From: Vicinamibacteria bacterium
Lineage (GTDB): Bacteria > Acidobacteriota > Vicinamibacteria > Marinacidobacterales > Marinacidobacteraceae
Length of the DNA: 64,000 bases
Assembly (NCBI GenBank): GCA_964291235.2
Contig: OZ219815.1
Location: forward strand, 598,675-662,674
Direction: 5' to 3'
The stretch's first letter is position 1. Each line of letters starts with the position of its first letter. Positions 46,098 through 54,400 of this stretch are shown piece by piece. The translations under genes were made by a program, and so were the position numbers. Below the pieces are notes generated by a model. The model made no database searches. It had not been told where the DNA came from and saw only the letters and a list, made by a program, of their open reading frames with translations.

Positions 46098-47654
46098 TCA
46101 GTCTCGGATCGAACCTCGGAAGAAGCTCGGGAGCGAGTCGCCTCTGGCTTCGGGCGCGGCCGCCTCGTCAGCATCATCTGCCTCGGCGGGTTCGGGCTCC
46201 CCTTCGCTCGCGGCGGGTTGCTCGTCCTGCTCTTCGTCCGGCGCTTCGGCTTCCGATGCGGCTTCCAACGGGGGGTCTTCTTCGGACGCGGCAGCCGGCG
46301 AAGTCCCGGATTCTTCGGGCTCCCCCACAGCCGGCTCGGGCGGAGTCGCCGGCTCGATAACGGGGGGAATCTCCTCCGAGCCGTCCGGCCCGGCCGAGAG
46401 CTCCTCGCCCGTCTCCGGGGATTCGCTTACCGGTTCTTCGCTCCGGGATGTCGGGGTGGCGGCTTCCGCCGCTGCTTCCGGAGCCGGCGGAGGTTCTTGC
46501 TCCGGCGCCGGGGCGACCTCCGGCGGCGCCCCCCCGCCGGCAGCGCTTCGCGAGGGGCGGGCAAAACTGCGGAAGGCTCGGTCGTAGCGGGTCAGCACCG
46601 AATCCCAGTCGTGGCGAGACTGCAGGAACTCGCGGCCAGCGGCGCCCATCCGCGCGAAGAGGGACGGGTCCCGCAGGCCTAGCTCCAGGATCAATTCGAA
46701 CTCGTCGTAGTTCTGATAGTAGAGACCGCCGCCCGAGGTCCGGCAATCGTCGGCAAGTTCCGTCGCGGAGGCGTTCGCCAGGATCGGGACACCGAGGGAA
46801 AACGGCTCCGCCGCGGTCGTCGAGAAGGCGGCGAGCCGCTCGGGGATTACCGCTACCAGAGCCCCGCCGACCGCGTCGAAGCGGGCGCCCGGAGTGTCCG
46901 GCTGCACAACGTGGATGTCGGGTCGCTGGGGGAGGCGCAGGGCCGACGGCCCGATCAGGACCAGCTCCAGCGCGACATCCGGATGGCGGTCCTTGAACGT
47001 GGAATAGAACCGCAGCAGTTCCTCGATCCCGCGACCCGGCTCCAGCGGCACGGCTGAAATCAGATAGTTCGCGCTCACGCCGGCGCGTCGCCGGAAGGCC
47101 GGCACGTCCGCGGTGCGCGGAAGCAGGAGCGTCCCGGTGACGGTCTCCCGCATGCGACGGTGGACCTGATAACGCTTCAGGACCAGTATCTCCTCGGCTT
47201 CGCTTCCAAAGACGAAGGCCGCGGGGTGTTGAAAGATCTCCGAATTTGCGCCGGCTGCCTCGGCGTCGGCAAACGGCAGCAACACCGCGCGGCGCGGGTC
47301 GAGCTTCGCTGCTTCGCGGCAAACGGACGATGACCCGAACAACACCACCAGGTCGTAGTCCCCCGACCGGTCGCGCAAATAGGCGAGTAAATCCGGAGAG
47401 GTCAGCGAGTCCGCGCCGGTGGAACCGGGCGGTTTCGCCGACGCTGCGGCCGCGGCCGGAAAACGCACCACCCGGACGCCCTTGTCCTGAATCTCCCCGT
47501 CCCTGAACGCCTCTTCCGATGGTCCCGCCGCCGTGGTCGTGACAACGGTCGTTCGCCAACTGTCAGGCGCCCGGCCGGCCAACTCCGCCGCGAGCCGCTC
47601 CGGCGAAGTTGCGTCTCCCGCCCGAAAGCGGGGAGTTACGAAGACCAGACGCAC
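46098..47654 (-). CDS. GT4-type (Glycos_transf_1) glycosyltransferase with 153-aa acidic Pro/Glu/Ala-rich C-terminal tail
   Basis: The track ORF runs to 47924. I prefer GTG 47654, which follows GGGAGG and lies 1 nt after the upstream stop, giving VRLVFVTPRF. The GT core is EPFSLGVPILANAS...GGLYYQNYDEFE. The tail occupies 46101-46559. Confidence 0.7.
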   Translation of the reverse strand: MRLVFVTPRFRAGDATSPERLAAELAGRAPDSWRTTVVTTTAAGPSEEAFRDGEIQDKGVRVVRFPAAAAASAKPPGSTGADSLTSPDLLAYLRDRSGDYDLVVLFGSSSVCREAAKLDPRRAVLLPFADAEAAGANSEIFQHPAAFVFGSEAEEILVLKRYQVHRRMRETVTGTLLLPRTADVPAFRRRAGVSANYLISAVPLEPGRGIEELLRFYSTFKDRHPDVALELVLIGPSALRLPQRPDIHVVQPDTPGARFDAVGGALVAVIPERLAAFSTTAAEPFSLGVPILANASATELADDCRTSGGGLYYQNYDEFELILELGLRDPSLFARMGAAGREFLQSRHDWDSVLTRYDRAFRSFARPSRSAAGGGAPPEVAPAPEQEPPPAPEAAAEAATPTSRSEEPVSESPETGEELSAGPDGSEEIPPVIEPATPPEPAVGEPEESGTSPAAASEEDPPLEAASEAEAPDEEQDEQPAASEGEPEPAEADDADEAAAPEARGDSLPSFFRGSIRD

Positions 47655-47655
47655 G

Positions 47656-48459
47656 TCACTTGCCTCCCGCGGCGCCGCCGTTGCCGCCTCGGCGCCCGCC
47701 GCCGCGGCTGGGGCGGGGGGATCCCTGTCGTGAGTTCTGCCGGGCCGGCTGTCCTCCCGTCTGGCGCGATCCCTGACCCGAGCCCTGCCGGTCACGACGT
47801 CCCGCGCCCTCGCGGTCCGAGCGGCCGCCATCGTTGCGGCGCCGGTCTCCGCGTCCTCGATCCGAGCGGCTCCCACGGCCGTCCGAACGTCCGCGCCCGG
47901 ATTGGCCGCCCCGCTGCGGGGCATCCGCGCTCGCCGATCCGGAACTGAAGGAGAAGTCGGCGTGGACGCCCAGCCGGCGAAGCTCCGACTTGATCAGGTT
48001 CATCTCGAGGCGTGTCAGTTCAAGGTCTCTGTTCGTGGCCCAGAGGAGCCGGCGGTGGTACTCGTTGATTTCGGCCTGCCGGGAAGCCTGTTCCACGGCG
48101 GGGTGAAGATTCACGAGCAGCCGGGTGACCGGTGTGAACAACCAGCGCAGCAGTCGCGCGAGGCCGAAAGAGGAACTCCGAAACGCCTTCTCCGACAAAC
48201 GGATGTTCCAGCGGGCGGTGTCCCGGGAGCGGATCCGCTCCGCGAATTCGTCACTGAATCCGCGTGCGCTGAGCGGCATCAGCATCCGCTTCTTCACATC
48301 CGCTTTGAATTCACGTTCGCTCTTCGTTCCTTCCTCCGCCCGTTCACGGGCAACACGGCGGATGTCCGCCATGATCTTTTCGACGTCCGGCTTCGCGCCG
48401 GACGGGGTCTTTGGCGAAGCCCCCTTCGTGGTTGCTTCGTTGGCTATGGAAATCGCCAT
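47656..48459 (-). CDS. Hypothetical coiled-coil-like protein with 90-aa Arg/Gly-rich basic C-terminal tail
   Basis: The track ORF runs to 48573. ATG 48459 follows GAAGGAGA and gives MAISIANEATTKG...EKIMADIRRVARERAEEG. The tail (47659-47928) reads QRGGQSGRGRSDGRGSRSDRGRGDRRRNDGGRSDREGAGRRDR... Confidence 0.6.
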   Translation of the reverse strand: MAISIANEATTKGASPKTPSGAKPDVEKIMADIRRVARERAEEGTKSEREFKADVKKRMLMPLSARGFSDEFAERIRSRDTARWNIRLSEKAFRSSSFGLARLLRWLFTPVTRLLVNLHPAVEQASRQAEINEYHRRLLWATNRDLELTRLEMNLIKSELRRLGVHADFSFSSGSASADAPQRGGQSGRGRSDGRGSRSDRGRGDRRRNDGGRSDREGAGRRDRQGSGQGSRQTGGQPARQNSRQGSPRPSRGGGRRGGNGGAAGGK

Positions 48460-48768
48460 GTGTCTCCTTCGCGCCCGCCCGAGCGGCGGGACTTTGTTGT
48501 GCGCGGAGAGGATCAGCAGATTCGGTGGTGTTGGGTCCCCAGCCGGAACCGGCGGGGGGAGTCTCAGGCACACCTCGCCCGAGAACGATCTGGCGGTGCA
48601 GGTATGCCATCACCCGAATTCGATCCCTTCCGCGAGCGCACTGCCCAAAGAGGCAGCGCACACGGAGAGCCGGAGCGCGCGGGCGGGCCCCGTCAGGTGA
48701 TGTTCAGAACGAACCGGCCAAAGGAATCGACCGTTTCTTCACCTTCCCAGAGGCCTCCCGCGTCGCCC

Positions 48769-49104
48769 TCAAAAGCTCCCGACTGCGGAGTCTTCCGACT
48801 CGAAGGTCTCGAATACGGTGACCAGTTTCGTAATCTGCAGCAGATCCTGCATTCGGGCCGTGAGGTTGAGTAGCTTCACGCTCCCGCCGGCCTGCACCAT
48901 GCGCGTGTGGCAGCGGACCAACTCGCCGAGCCCGGCACTGTCCACGTAGGGGACATCCGCCAGATTCAGCAAGAGCTTCCGATTTCCCGCCGCGATCGCA
49001 CCGCGGACTTTGTCCCGCAGGACATCATCGCCTTCACCGAGAAGGATCTTTCCGTTCAGATCCATTACGGTGACACCGTTGTTGCTGCGTTCCGTGATTT
49101 GCAT
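48769..49104 (-). CDS. STAS-domain anti-sigma-factor antagonist (SpoIIAA-like)
   Basis: The 111-aa ORF reads VTVMDLNGKILLGEGDDVLRDKV...LLLNLADVPYVDSAGLGELV...KLLNLTARMQDLLQITKL, with the conserved DS(A/S)GL phospho-site context. An RBS, GGGAGGA, is present. Confidence 0.85.
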   Translation of the reverse strand: MQITERSNNGVTVMDLNGKILLGEGDDVLRDKVRGAIAAGNRKLLLNLADVPYVDSAGLGELVRCHTRMVQAGGSVKLLNLTARMQDLLQITKLVTVFETFESEDSAVGSF

Positions 49105-49309
49105 TTTGCTTCCTCCCTTTCCCGGGGCTTCGCGGTTCCCGCCATCCCCATTTCCGGGGACGCTGCCACATGGGCGCGCAGGCGTCGCTGGGCGACTGAT
49201 TCTGTGTACCGGCGGAAACCTTTATGACGCCCGCTCCGAGGTCTGTTTCGTTCCCCGCTTGCGGAGGTTCGGACCCGGAGAACCTGAGCGTCGCTTAGAC
49301 TGGGTATCC

Positions 49310-49378
49310 TAGCAGCCTGTAGCTAAAGTGACGTGAGCATCGAGAACTGGGCCGCCTGACTTTACTCACAGGCTGCTA
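49310..49378. mobile_element. MITE-like repeat, copy 4 (69-bp internally deleted derivative: both termini only)
   Basis: The full sequence is TAGCAGCCTGTAGCTAAAGTGACGTGAGCATCGAGAACTGG-GCCGCCTGACTTTACTCACAGGCTGCTA. The arms match the two ends of copy 1, and it has TA flanks. Confidence 0.6.
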
Positions 49379-49402
49379 ACTCCAAACGTAGTCGGGACGA
49401 GA

Positions 49403-50365
49403 GTGAGCGGCGGACGCGCAAACCGGCCGCGGATCGTTCTTCCCGAAAGCCAGGACCCTCGAATCGTCGAGGCCGCCCGGGCACTTGCGGACGATCCGGA
49501 ACTGGAACCGGTGCTGGTGGGGCGTCCGGAGACCCCCGCGCTGGACCGGGCAGGCGGTCGCGACGCTGTACAGACGGCAAGACCCCAGGGTGCCGCTCTT
49601 GAGCAGGCCACCGATCTCCTCTGGTCGCGACGCCGGGACCGCGGGATGACGCGGTCCGCGGCTCGGGAAGCGGCGCAGGATCCCCTGGTGTTCGCCAATT
49701 TGCTGGTCGCTGGGGGAGAAGCGCACGGCGCGGTGGCCGGTGCGGCAACCACCACCGCCGAAGTGATCCGCGCGGGCTTGCTGGCCGTGGGAACCCGACC
49801 GGGAGTCTCCCGGGTCTCGGGCGCGTTCGTGATGGAGTTTCCCGAAGGACGATCCCCCCTGCTGTTCGCCGACGGCGCCGTGATTCCGCGACCGAGTGTC
49901 GCGGAGCTGGTCGAAATTGCGCTGCTCTCCGCGGAGACGGCGCGGGACCTCCTCGGAATGGAACCCCGCGTGGCCTTCCTCTCGTTTTCGACGAAGGGGA
50001 GCGCCGACCATCCGGAAGCGCAGCGCATGGCAGAGGCGGCCCGACAGGTACGGAAGTTGAACCCCGGGCTCAGCGTGGACGGCGAACTTCAGGCGGACGC
50101 GGCGCTCGTCCGTTCCGTGGCGGAGAGCAAGGCGCCGGGGAGTCCGGTCGCCGGACGGGCCAACGTACTTGTCTTTCCCGACCTGGCGTCCGGGAATATC
50201 GCCTACAAGCTGGTCGAGCGGCTCGGCGGCGCCTCCGCAACCGGACCGATCCTTCAGGGACTTGCCGCCCCCGTGAACGATCTGTCGAGGGGCGCGAGCG
50301 TCCCGGACATCATGCGATTGGCGAGGCTGACCGCGCGCGCGGCGCCGAATCGGGCCTCGCGGTAG
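49403..50365 (+). CDS. pta: Phosphate acetyltransferase (short form)
   Basis: The translation shows [16 protein letters not shown] and [45 protein letters not shown]. Confidence 0.85.
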   Translation: MSGGRANRPRIVLPESQDPRIVEAARALADDPELEPVLVGRPETPALDRAGGRDAVQTARPQGAALEQATDLLWSRRRDRGMTRSAAREAAQDPLVFANLLVAGGEAHGAVAGAATTTAEVIRAGLLAVGTRPGVSRVSGAFVMEFPEGRSPLLFADGAVIPRPSVAELVEIALLSAETARDLLGMEPRVAFLSFSTKGSADHPEAQRMAEAARQVRKLNPGLSVDGELQADAALVRSVAESKAPGSPVAGRANVLVFPDLASGNIAYKLVERLGGASATGPILQGLAAPVNDLSRGASVPDIMRLARLTARAAPNRASR

Positions 50366-50396
50366 GTCGGATGCGGACGGCCAGCGGAAACGTCCT

Positions 50397-50426
50397 TTGA
50401 CAGTGCCCGAGCCTCCCGCGTATGTT
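50397..50426 (+). promoter_or_regulatory. Sigma70-like promoter motif P3 (TTGACA-N18-TATGTT)
   Basis: CGTCCTTTGACA...TATGTT ends 59 nt upstream of ATG 50486. Its -35 context is shared with P1 and P2. Confidence 0.4.
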
Positions 50427-50485
50427 CCGAAATGTTGTCCGCAGGGACCGCCCCCGCGGTGACCCGGGCGACGGCGAAGGAGACG

Positions 50486-52153
50486 ATGGCGATGCGCAAC
50501 CGGAGAGTCTGGACCCTGCTCCCGCTACTGCTGGCGGGGCTCTTGCTGGCTGCCTGCGGCGGCGGCCCGGACATGGACGCGGAACCCGCCCCGACCGCGG
50601 CGGAGCTCGGGATCCGGCCTCAGGGGGACACGACGCTCAGTCCGGACATGTCCCGCGTCCCCGAGGAACTCCAGCAGGTGTTCCAGCACATCGACGACAA
50701 CGCGGACCGGCACGTGATGAACCTCCGCCGCTGGATCCAGCAGCCGAGCATCTCCAACTCCGGCGAGGGGATCCCCGAGTCGGCCCAGATGGTGAAGGGT
50801 TTCTTCGACCAGCTCGGCTGCCAGCATTCGCAGGTGTACGAGGTTCCGATGACCGAGTGGGGCCAGCCGGGCAATCCGGTCGTGTACGCGGACTGCGACT
50901 ACGGCAAGGAAGACACCCTGCTCGTTTACTGGATGTACGACACGATGCCGATCACCCAGCCGGAGGCCTGGGTATTCCCGCCGTTCGACGGCGAGTTCAC
51001 CGAGTTCGGCCCCTTCAAGAAGGTGATGATCGGCCGCGGCACCACGAACTCGAAAGGGCCCCAGATGACCATGTGGAACGGGATGCACTCGATCTACGAG
51101 GTCACGGGATCCATGCCGGTGAACCTGATCTTCATCGCGGAAGGCGACGAAGAGCGGATGTCCATCGGCCTCCGCCAGTTTGTGCGGGAGAACCCCGAAC
51201 TCTTCGCCCACGCTGACGCCATGTACCGGACGGGGCGTCAGGCGCGGAGCGGAGCGGCCGGCTTCTCCGGCGGCTCCGAGGGTTGCGTTTACATCGAGTT
51301 GACCACCAGCGGCGAGAGTTGGGGCCGCGGGCCGTTGGCATCGAACATCCACGGCATCCACAAGCGTTCGACGGATGCCCCGCTGCTCCGCCACATCAAG
51401 ATGCTGGACACCCTCATTACCGACGACGGGAACGGGGTTCTGGTGCCGGGCTTTTACGACGGCGCGGTGCCGCTGTCACCGGCGGAAGAAGAAATGTTCC
51501 GCACCTCGGCGGAGAACCTCGATCTCGCGATTGCCGCAGAGAACATCGGCGTGGCCCGGTTCATGACGGACGACCCGCTCCAGCACTTGATGAACGCCCG
51601 CTACGGCATCTCCTTCAACATGGACGGCATCTGGTCCGGAAACATGTATCCGGGCGGAGCCGGCGCAATCCTGCCGAACCGGGTCACCTCCAAGCACAAC
51701 ATGCGCTACGTGCCCAACATGGACGGACTCGAGATGGTTCAGAAGATCCGCGACTATCTCGACGCGCAGGGCTACGAGGACGTCGAAATGACGATCGTCG
51801 GGGACGTGCCCTGGTCGAAGAGCAACTACAACAACCCGCTCGCCGACTCGGTCCGGGAGATGCTCTCCATCTTCGGGGTCCGCTACCGCGATCCGATCGC
51901 GGAGGACTCCATCCTCGGCGGCGGCTACTGGCCGGCCTATCTGTTCAGCGGCCGGGACGGCACCCTGCCGGGCGGGACGGACCTGGCGATGCCGATCGTG
52001 GGCGGGGGTGTCGGACACGGCGGCGGCGCCCATGCCGCCAACGAGTTCTGGGTGATCGAGGGAGCCGGCGAAGTCTACGGAATGTTGGGCGGGGAAAAGT
52101 CGGTGGCGACCGTGCTCTACTCCTACGCCGGATTGCTGGGCGATTCGAACTGA
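50486..52153 (+). CDS. M20-family peptidase-like lipoprotein, paralog 3
   Basis: The track ORF is 50432-52153. ATG 50486 follows GAAGGAGA and gives MAMRNRRVWTLLPLLLAGLLLAACGGGPD. It shares the variant motifs VYWMYDTMP, GRGTTNSKGP, IAEGDEERMS and GGGAHAANEF. Confidence 0.8.
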   Translation: MAMRNRRVWTLLPLLLAGLLLAACGGGPDMDAEPAPTAAELGIRPQGDTTLSPDMSRVPEELQQVFQHIDDNADRHVMNLRRWIQQPSISNSGEGIPESAQMVKGFFDQLGCQHSQVYEVPMTEWGQPGNPVVYADCDYGKEDTLLVYWMYDTMPITQPEAWVFPPFDGEFTEFGPFKKVMIGRGTTNSKGPQMTMWNGMHSIYEVTGSMPVNLIFIAEGDEERMSIGLRQFVRENPELFAHADAMYRTGRQARSGAAGFSGGSEGCVYIELTTSGESWGRGPLASNIHGIHKRSTDAPLLRHIKMLDTLITDDGNGVLVPGFYDGAVPLSPAEEEMFRTSAENLDLAIAAENIGVARFMTDDPLQHLMNARYGISFNMDGIWSGNMYPGGAGAILPNRVTSKHNMRYVPNMDGLEMVQKIRDYLDAQGYEDVEMTIVGDVPWSKSNYNNPLADSVREMLSIFGVRYRDPIAEDSILGGGYWPAYLFSGRDGTLPGGTDLAMPIVGGGVGHGGGAHAANEFWVIEGAGEVYGMLGGEKSVATVLYSYAGLLGDSN

Positions 52154-52189
52154 CACCGAGCTCGCCTCCCGGAAACCAGGCGGCCCTCC

Positions 52190-52218
52190 TTGACATGGGG
52201 GGCCGCGGGGACTAGCGT
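52190..52218 (+). promoter_or_regulatory. Possible promoter of rpsU (TTGACA-N17-TAGCGT)
   Basis: This rests on the motif alone. The -10 element is weak. Confidence 0.3.
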
Positions 52219-52299
52219 TCTCGCTTCCCCTTGGACCGCTCTCGGTCCGGGGTTTCTCATTTTTCACCAGAGCACGAGCGGAATCACACAGAGGATCTC

Positions 52300-52494
52300 T
52301 TGGCGGAAATCGTCGTCCAGGAAGGCGAAACGATCGATGTGGCACTCCGCCGCTTCAAGCGGCGGGTTCAGGCCGAAGACATCATCAAGGAAATCAAGCG
52401 CCACTCCTTTTATGTGAAACCGGGCGACAAGCTGCGCGCCAAGCGGGCCGCAGCACGCAAGCGGGCCCGCAAGCGTCGGCGTCGTACGCGGTAG
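52300..52494 (+). CDS. rpsU: 30S ribosomal protein S21
   Basis: The track ORF starts at 52231, but S21 homology starts at (L)AEIVVQEGETIDVALRRFKRRVQAEDIIKEIKRHSFYVKPGDKLRAKRAAARKR. I chose TTG 52300, preceded by AGAGGA, which gives 64 aa. Confidence 0.8.
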   Translation: MAEIVVQEGETIDVALRRFKRRVQAEDIIKEIKRHSFYVKPGDKLRAKRAAARKRARKRRRRTR

Positions 52495-52518
52495 TCGGGC
52501 TGCTGCGCCGGCGGCGCC

Positions 52519-53802
52519 GTGCGGGTTCTGCTGGTTGGAAGCGGCGGGCGCGAACACGCGCTGGCGTGGGCGATCTCGCGCAGCCCTGAACTCGAGGAAC
52601 TGATCGCGGCGCCCGGTAACCCCGGGATCAGCCGACTGGCGCGCCCGGCGCCGGTGGGAGCCGAAGACGTCGGCGGTCTCGCCGGCCTTGCCTCCGCCGA
52701 GAGTGTGGATCTGGTCGTCGCCGGCCCGGAAGCGCCGCTCGCCGGAGGACTTGCCGATCGGCTGGCGGAGCGGGACATCCCCTGTTTCGGACCGCGGCAG
52801 GAAGCGGCGCTCCTCGAAGCCTCCAAGGAGTTCGCCAAGGACTTCATGGGCCGCCACGGAATTCCGACGGCCCGTCACACCGTGGTGCGGGAGGCGAGAT
52901 CGGCGCGGTCGGCGCTTCGCTCCGGGGACTATGGCGAGCGGCCGGTGATCAAGGCGAGCGGACTCGCCGCCGGCAAGGGCGTCTTCCTCCCGGCGGACCT
53001 CGACGCCGCCGAACGGGACGCGGTGCGGCTTCTGGAAGGCGGCCTCGGCGAGGCCGGCAAGGCAGTGGTCATCGAGGAGCGGCTCGTGGGGCCCGAACTG
53101 AGCGTGTTCGCCATCAGCGACGGAACCCGGGCGGTCGGGTGCGGGACCGCGCAGGACTACAAGCGACGCTTCGAGAACGACGAGGGCCCGAACACCGGAG
53201 GCATGGGAAGCCTGAGCCCCGGCCTCGGCGCCGACGCCGCGACCATGGAACGAGTGCGCCGCGAGATCGTGGAACCGACAATCGCCGGACTGCGCGCCGA
53301 AGGGCGCGAGTACCGGGGAGTGCTCTACGCGGGGTTGATGCTGACCGCGGACGGGCCGAAGGTGTTGGAGTTCAACGTGCGATTCGGCGACCCGGAGGCG
53401 CAGACGCTCATGCCGCGGCTGGACTCCGACTTGCTGCCGCTGTTCCATGGTGCCGCCAGCGGACGGCTACCCGAGACAGCCATCCGCTTCCGGCCGGAAC
53501 CCGCCGTCACCGTGATCCTGGCGTCGGACGGGTACCCCGGAGCCTACCGGAAGGGCGTTCCGATCCAGGGACTTCCGGATGCGGTCGAAGTCGGAAACGC
53601 CTACGTATTCCACGCGGGAACCCGGATGGGCGCGGCCGGAATCGAGACCGCGGGCGGACGGGTGATCGCGGTGACCGGAGTCGGCGCCGACTGGGAGAGC
53701 GCGCGAAGCGCCGCCTACCGGACGGCCGATTCCATTACCTGGGAGAAAAAGGCCTGCCGCCGCGACATCGCGGCGGCCGCAATCCAAAAGGAGACAACAT
53801 GA
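52519..53802 (+). CDS. purD: Phosphoribosylamine--glycine ligase
   Basis: The translation shows MRVLLVGSGGREHALAW, VIKASGLAAGKGV, PNTGGMGS and LEFNVRFGDPE. Confidence 0.9.
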   Translation: MRVLLVGSGGREHALAWAISRSPELEELIAAPGNPGISRLARPAPVGAEDVGGLAGLASAESVDLVVAGPEAPLAGGLADRLAERDIPCFGPRQEAALLEASKEFAKDFMGRHGIPTARHTVVREARSARSALRSGDYGERPVIKASGLAAGKGVFLPADLDAAERDAVRLLEGGLGEAGKAVVIEERLVGPELSVFAISDGTRAVGCGTAQDYKRRFENDEGPNTGGMGSLSPGLGADAATMERVRREIVEPTIAGLRAEGREYRGVLYAGLMLTADGPKVLEFNVRFGDPEAQTLMPRLDSDLLPLFHGAASGRLPETAIRFRPEPAVTVILASDGYPGAYRKGVPIQGLPDAVEVGNAYVFHAGTRMGAAGIETAGGRVIAVTGVGADWESARSAAYRTADSITWEKKACRRDIAAAAIQKETT

Positions 53803-54305
53803 GTTCCACCGGCAACCCCAAAGTCCTCATCGTGATGGGCAGCCCCTCGGACATCGAGGTCATGCGAGAGGCCAAGAAAGTCCTGCAGTCGCTCGGCGTC
53901 TCCTGCCGGATGGGCATCTATTCCGCGCACCGCACCCCCGCCCGCGCCGCCGCGCTGGCGGAGAGCGCCCGCGAAAACGGGGTGGTCGCGATCATCGCCG
54001 GAGCCGGAATGGCCGCTCATCTGGCCGGAGCGATGGCCGCCCGCACCATTCTGCCGGTCATCGGCGTTCCGCTGGCGGCTTCGCTCAGCGGGCTCGACGC
54101 CTTGCTCGCCACCGTGCAGATGCCTCCGGGGTTTCCGGTTGGAACCGTCGCGGTCGGGAAGGCCGGCGCCCAGAACGCGGCCCACTTCGCGGCGCAGATC
54201 GTGGCGCTCAGCGACTCCGCGGTCGCCGAGCAGATCATCGCGTGGCGCCGCGCCAAGGCGGCCGCCGCCGAAACCGCCTCCGACGAGCTCGAAGCCGAAG
54301 ACTGA
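53799..54305 (+). CDS. purE: 5-(carboxyamino)imidazole ribonucleotide mutase
   Basis: ATG 53799 overlaps the purD stop. The translation shows VLIVMGSPSDIEVM, SAHRTP, IIAGAGMAAHLAG and PVIGVP. Confidence 0.9.
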   Translation: MSSTGNPKVLIVMGSPSDIEVMREAKKVLQSLGVSCRMGIYSAHRTPARAAALAESARENGVVAIIAGAGMAAHLAGAMAARTILPVIGVPLAASLSGLDALLATVQMPPGFPVGTVAVGKAGAQNAAHFAAQIVALSDSAVAEQIIAWRRAKAAAAETASDELEAED

Positions 54306-54347
54306 GAAGCGCGGGGGACCGCCTGGAGCAACGGCCTCCGGCCGGCA

Positions 54348-54368
54348 TCGCTCGCCCGAGGCGAGCGA
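54348..54368 (+). terminator. Perfect hairpin after purE (possible terminator or attenuator, no U-tract)
   Basis: TCGCTCGCC-CGA-GGCGAGCGA forms a 9-bp stem. It starts 43 nt after the purE stop and ends 33 nt before the next ATG. Confidence 0.3.
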
Positions 54369-54400
54369 AACGCACAGCAGCGTCCGGAGAATTGAAGAAA

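Noticed and set aside
46101-47928. Low-complexity GC-rich DNA in the tail-coding regions as a possible tandem-repeat or CRISPR-like array.
   Set aside because: There is no regular repeat-spacer periodicity. The pattern is explained by biased amino-acid composition (RG-rich and PEA-rich tails). No CRISPR array, tRNA or rRNA was seen anywhere in the window.
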